DNA of 64,000 bases from positions 1,290-65,289 of the forward strand of contig DATGTP010000034.1 of NCBI GenBank assembly GCA_035301825.1. Direction: 5' to 3'. The notes under the pieces are model-generated. The model searched no databases. It had not been told where the DNA came from and saw only the letters and a program-made list of their open reading frames with translations. This DNA is from Pseudogracilibacillus sp. Its GTDB lineage: Bacteria > Bacillota > Bacilli > Bacillales > Amphibacillaceae. Shown here one piece after another: positions 63,007 to 64,000 of the stretch (the first letter of the stretch is position 1; each line of letters opens with the position of its first letter). The translations under genes and the position numbers were made by a program.

Positions 63007-63856
63007 CTTCCTTCTCTGTTAAATAAATCATTAAATCTTGAATGGCTACCCCTTCAGGTTCAAAACCTGCCGCCTCAGCCTCGCTTCTCGCTCCAAGTAA
63101 AGTGACTGTTTTTAAATGGCCGATTTGTTTTTCCTCAAGGACCTGCTTACCTTCAATAAAGGCATTTACTTGATCGACGTCACCTGTAATCCTACATGCT
63201 CTCGTCCTCAATTCATCTGCCGTCTCATGGACAATGAGCTCACCTTCACGTAAGATAAGGACTTCTTCAAATAATAAACTAACTTCATCAATTAAATGAG
63301 TCGACAAGACAATCATTCGTTCATTTTCTTCATATTGCGCTAACAAAACATCATAAAAGGTTTTACGACCTGCTGCATCAAGGCCAATATATGGTTCATC
63401 AAATAAGGTAATCGGCGCATTACTCGCTAAGCCGACAATAATCCCAACTGCCGAGGCCATTCCTTTGGAATATGTTTTTAACTTTTTATGAATCGGTAAA
63501 CGATAAACTTGAACAAGTTCATCGACTAAACCTTGATCCCAATTTTCATATAAAATACGGCACATCTTAAAAATATGCTTCACTTTCATTTCTTCTGGAA
63601 AATTATCGTTTTCTTTAATTAAACAAATATTTTTCGTAATGTGACGATTGTTAAATGGTGTCTCCTCATTAATCAATAATTGACCGTCACTTTGTACATT
63701 AAAGCCTGCCAAAATATCCATAAAAGTTGTTTTCCCTGCACCATTTCGACCTAACAATCCGTATATTTTCGGTTGATCCATAATAAAATTCAAATTTTTA
63801 ATCGCTTTATGTTTCCCATATCTTTTTGTTAAGCCTTTCACTTCAATTTTCATCAT
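62999..63856 (-). CDS. ABC transporter ATP-binding protein (YtrB/YhcG-like)
   Basis: GRNGAGKTT, YSKGM, DEPYIGLD, STHLIDE. Confidence 0.9.
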   Translation of the reverse strand: MMKIEVKGLTKRYGKHKAIKNLNFIMDQPKIYGLLGRNGAGKTTFMDILAGFNVQSDGQLLINEETPFNNRHITKNICLIKENDNFPEEMKVKHIFKMCRILYENWDQGLVDELVQVYRLPIHKKLKTYSKGMASAVGIIVGLASNAPITLFDEPYIGLDAAGRKTFYDVLLAQYEENERMIVLSTHLIDEVSLLFEEVLILREGELIVHETADELRTRACRITGDVDQVNAFIEGKQVLEEKQIGHLKTVTLLGARSEAEAAGFEPEGVAIQDLMIYLTEKEGA

Positions 63857-64000
63857 TTCTCCTCCTTCAATAAGTCAATAATATGTGCCTCGCTCATATT
63901 TAATTTAGCCGCTTCTTCTTTTAATGGTTTAATAAAATTTTCGACAAAGGCTTCTGTTCGCTTTTCTTTAATTCGCTCAACCGCTTCATCTGTTACAAAC
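63853..64000 (-). CDS. GntR (YtrA-type) regulator, C-terminal part (5' end outside window)
   Basis: Hand translation ...FVTDEAVERIKEKRTEAFVENFIKPLKEEAAKLNMSEAHIIDLLKEEK*, stop overlapping the ABC ATPase start. Confidence 0.7.
   Translation of the reverse strand, partial: FVTDEAVERIKEKRTEAFVENFIKPLKEEAAKLNMSEAHIIDLLKEEK

Overview
Chromosomal window from a low-GC, spore-forming Bacillaceae (Virgibacillus/Oceanobacillus/Ornithinibacillus-like by protein style; the taxon is an inference). Positions 1-34.7 kb carry the conserved crh-whiA-yvcK-rapZ-trxB / hprK-lgt-ppaX / uvrBA / minJ-ctpB-ftsEX / prfB-secA-hpf / comF-degV-degSU-yigZ block. Positions 44.6-56.8 kb carry the ygzB-perR-bcp-ygaD-ygaC-sspE-mutY-yfhP-yfhH-recX-yfhF block. 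Accessory genes lie between and after them: sortase, class B PBP, TAXI-TRAP transporter, MFS, PabB-PabC fusion, XRE and two GntR/ABC operons. No rRNA, canonical tRNA, CRISPR, prophage or IS element was seen. Most notable: (1) a tRNA-shaped RNA element coupled to mutually exclusive RBS-sequestering/anti-sequestering helices in the leader of a RimJ/RimL-type GNAT gene (56925-57100); (2) a candidate ~70-nt C-rich-loop sRNA between trxB and rapZ; (3) a circularly permuted TAXI solute-binding lipoprotein; (4) a divergent D-aspartate-ligase / atypical MurE pair suggesting non-DAP, D-Asp-bridged peptidoglycan; (5) absence of the flagellar and his gene blocks from their usual positions.
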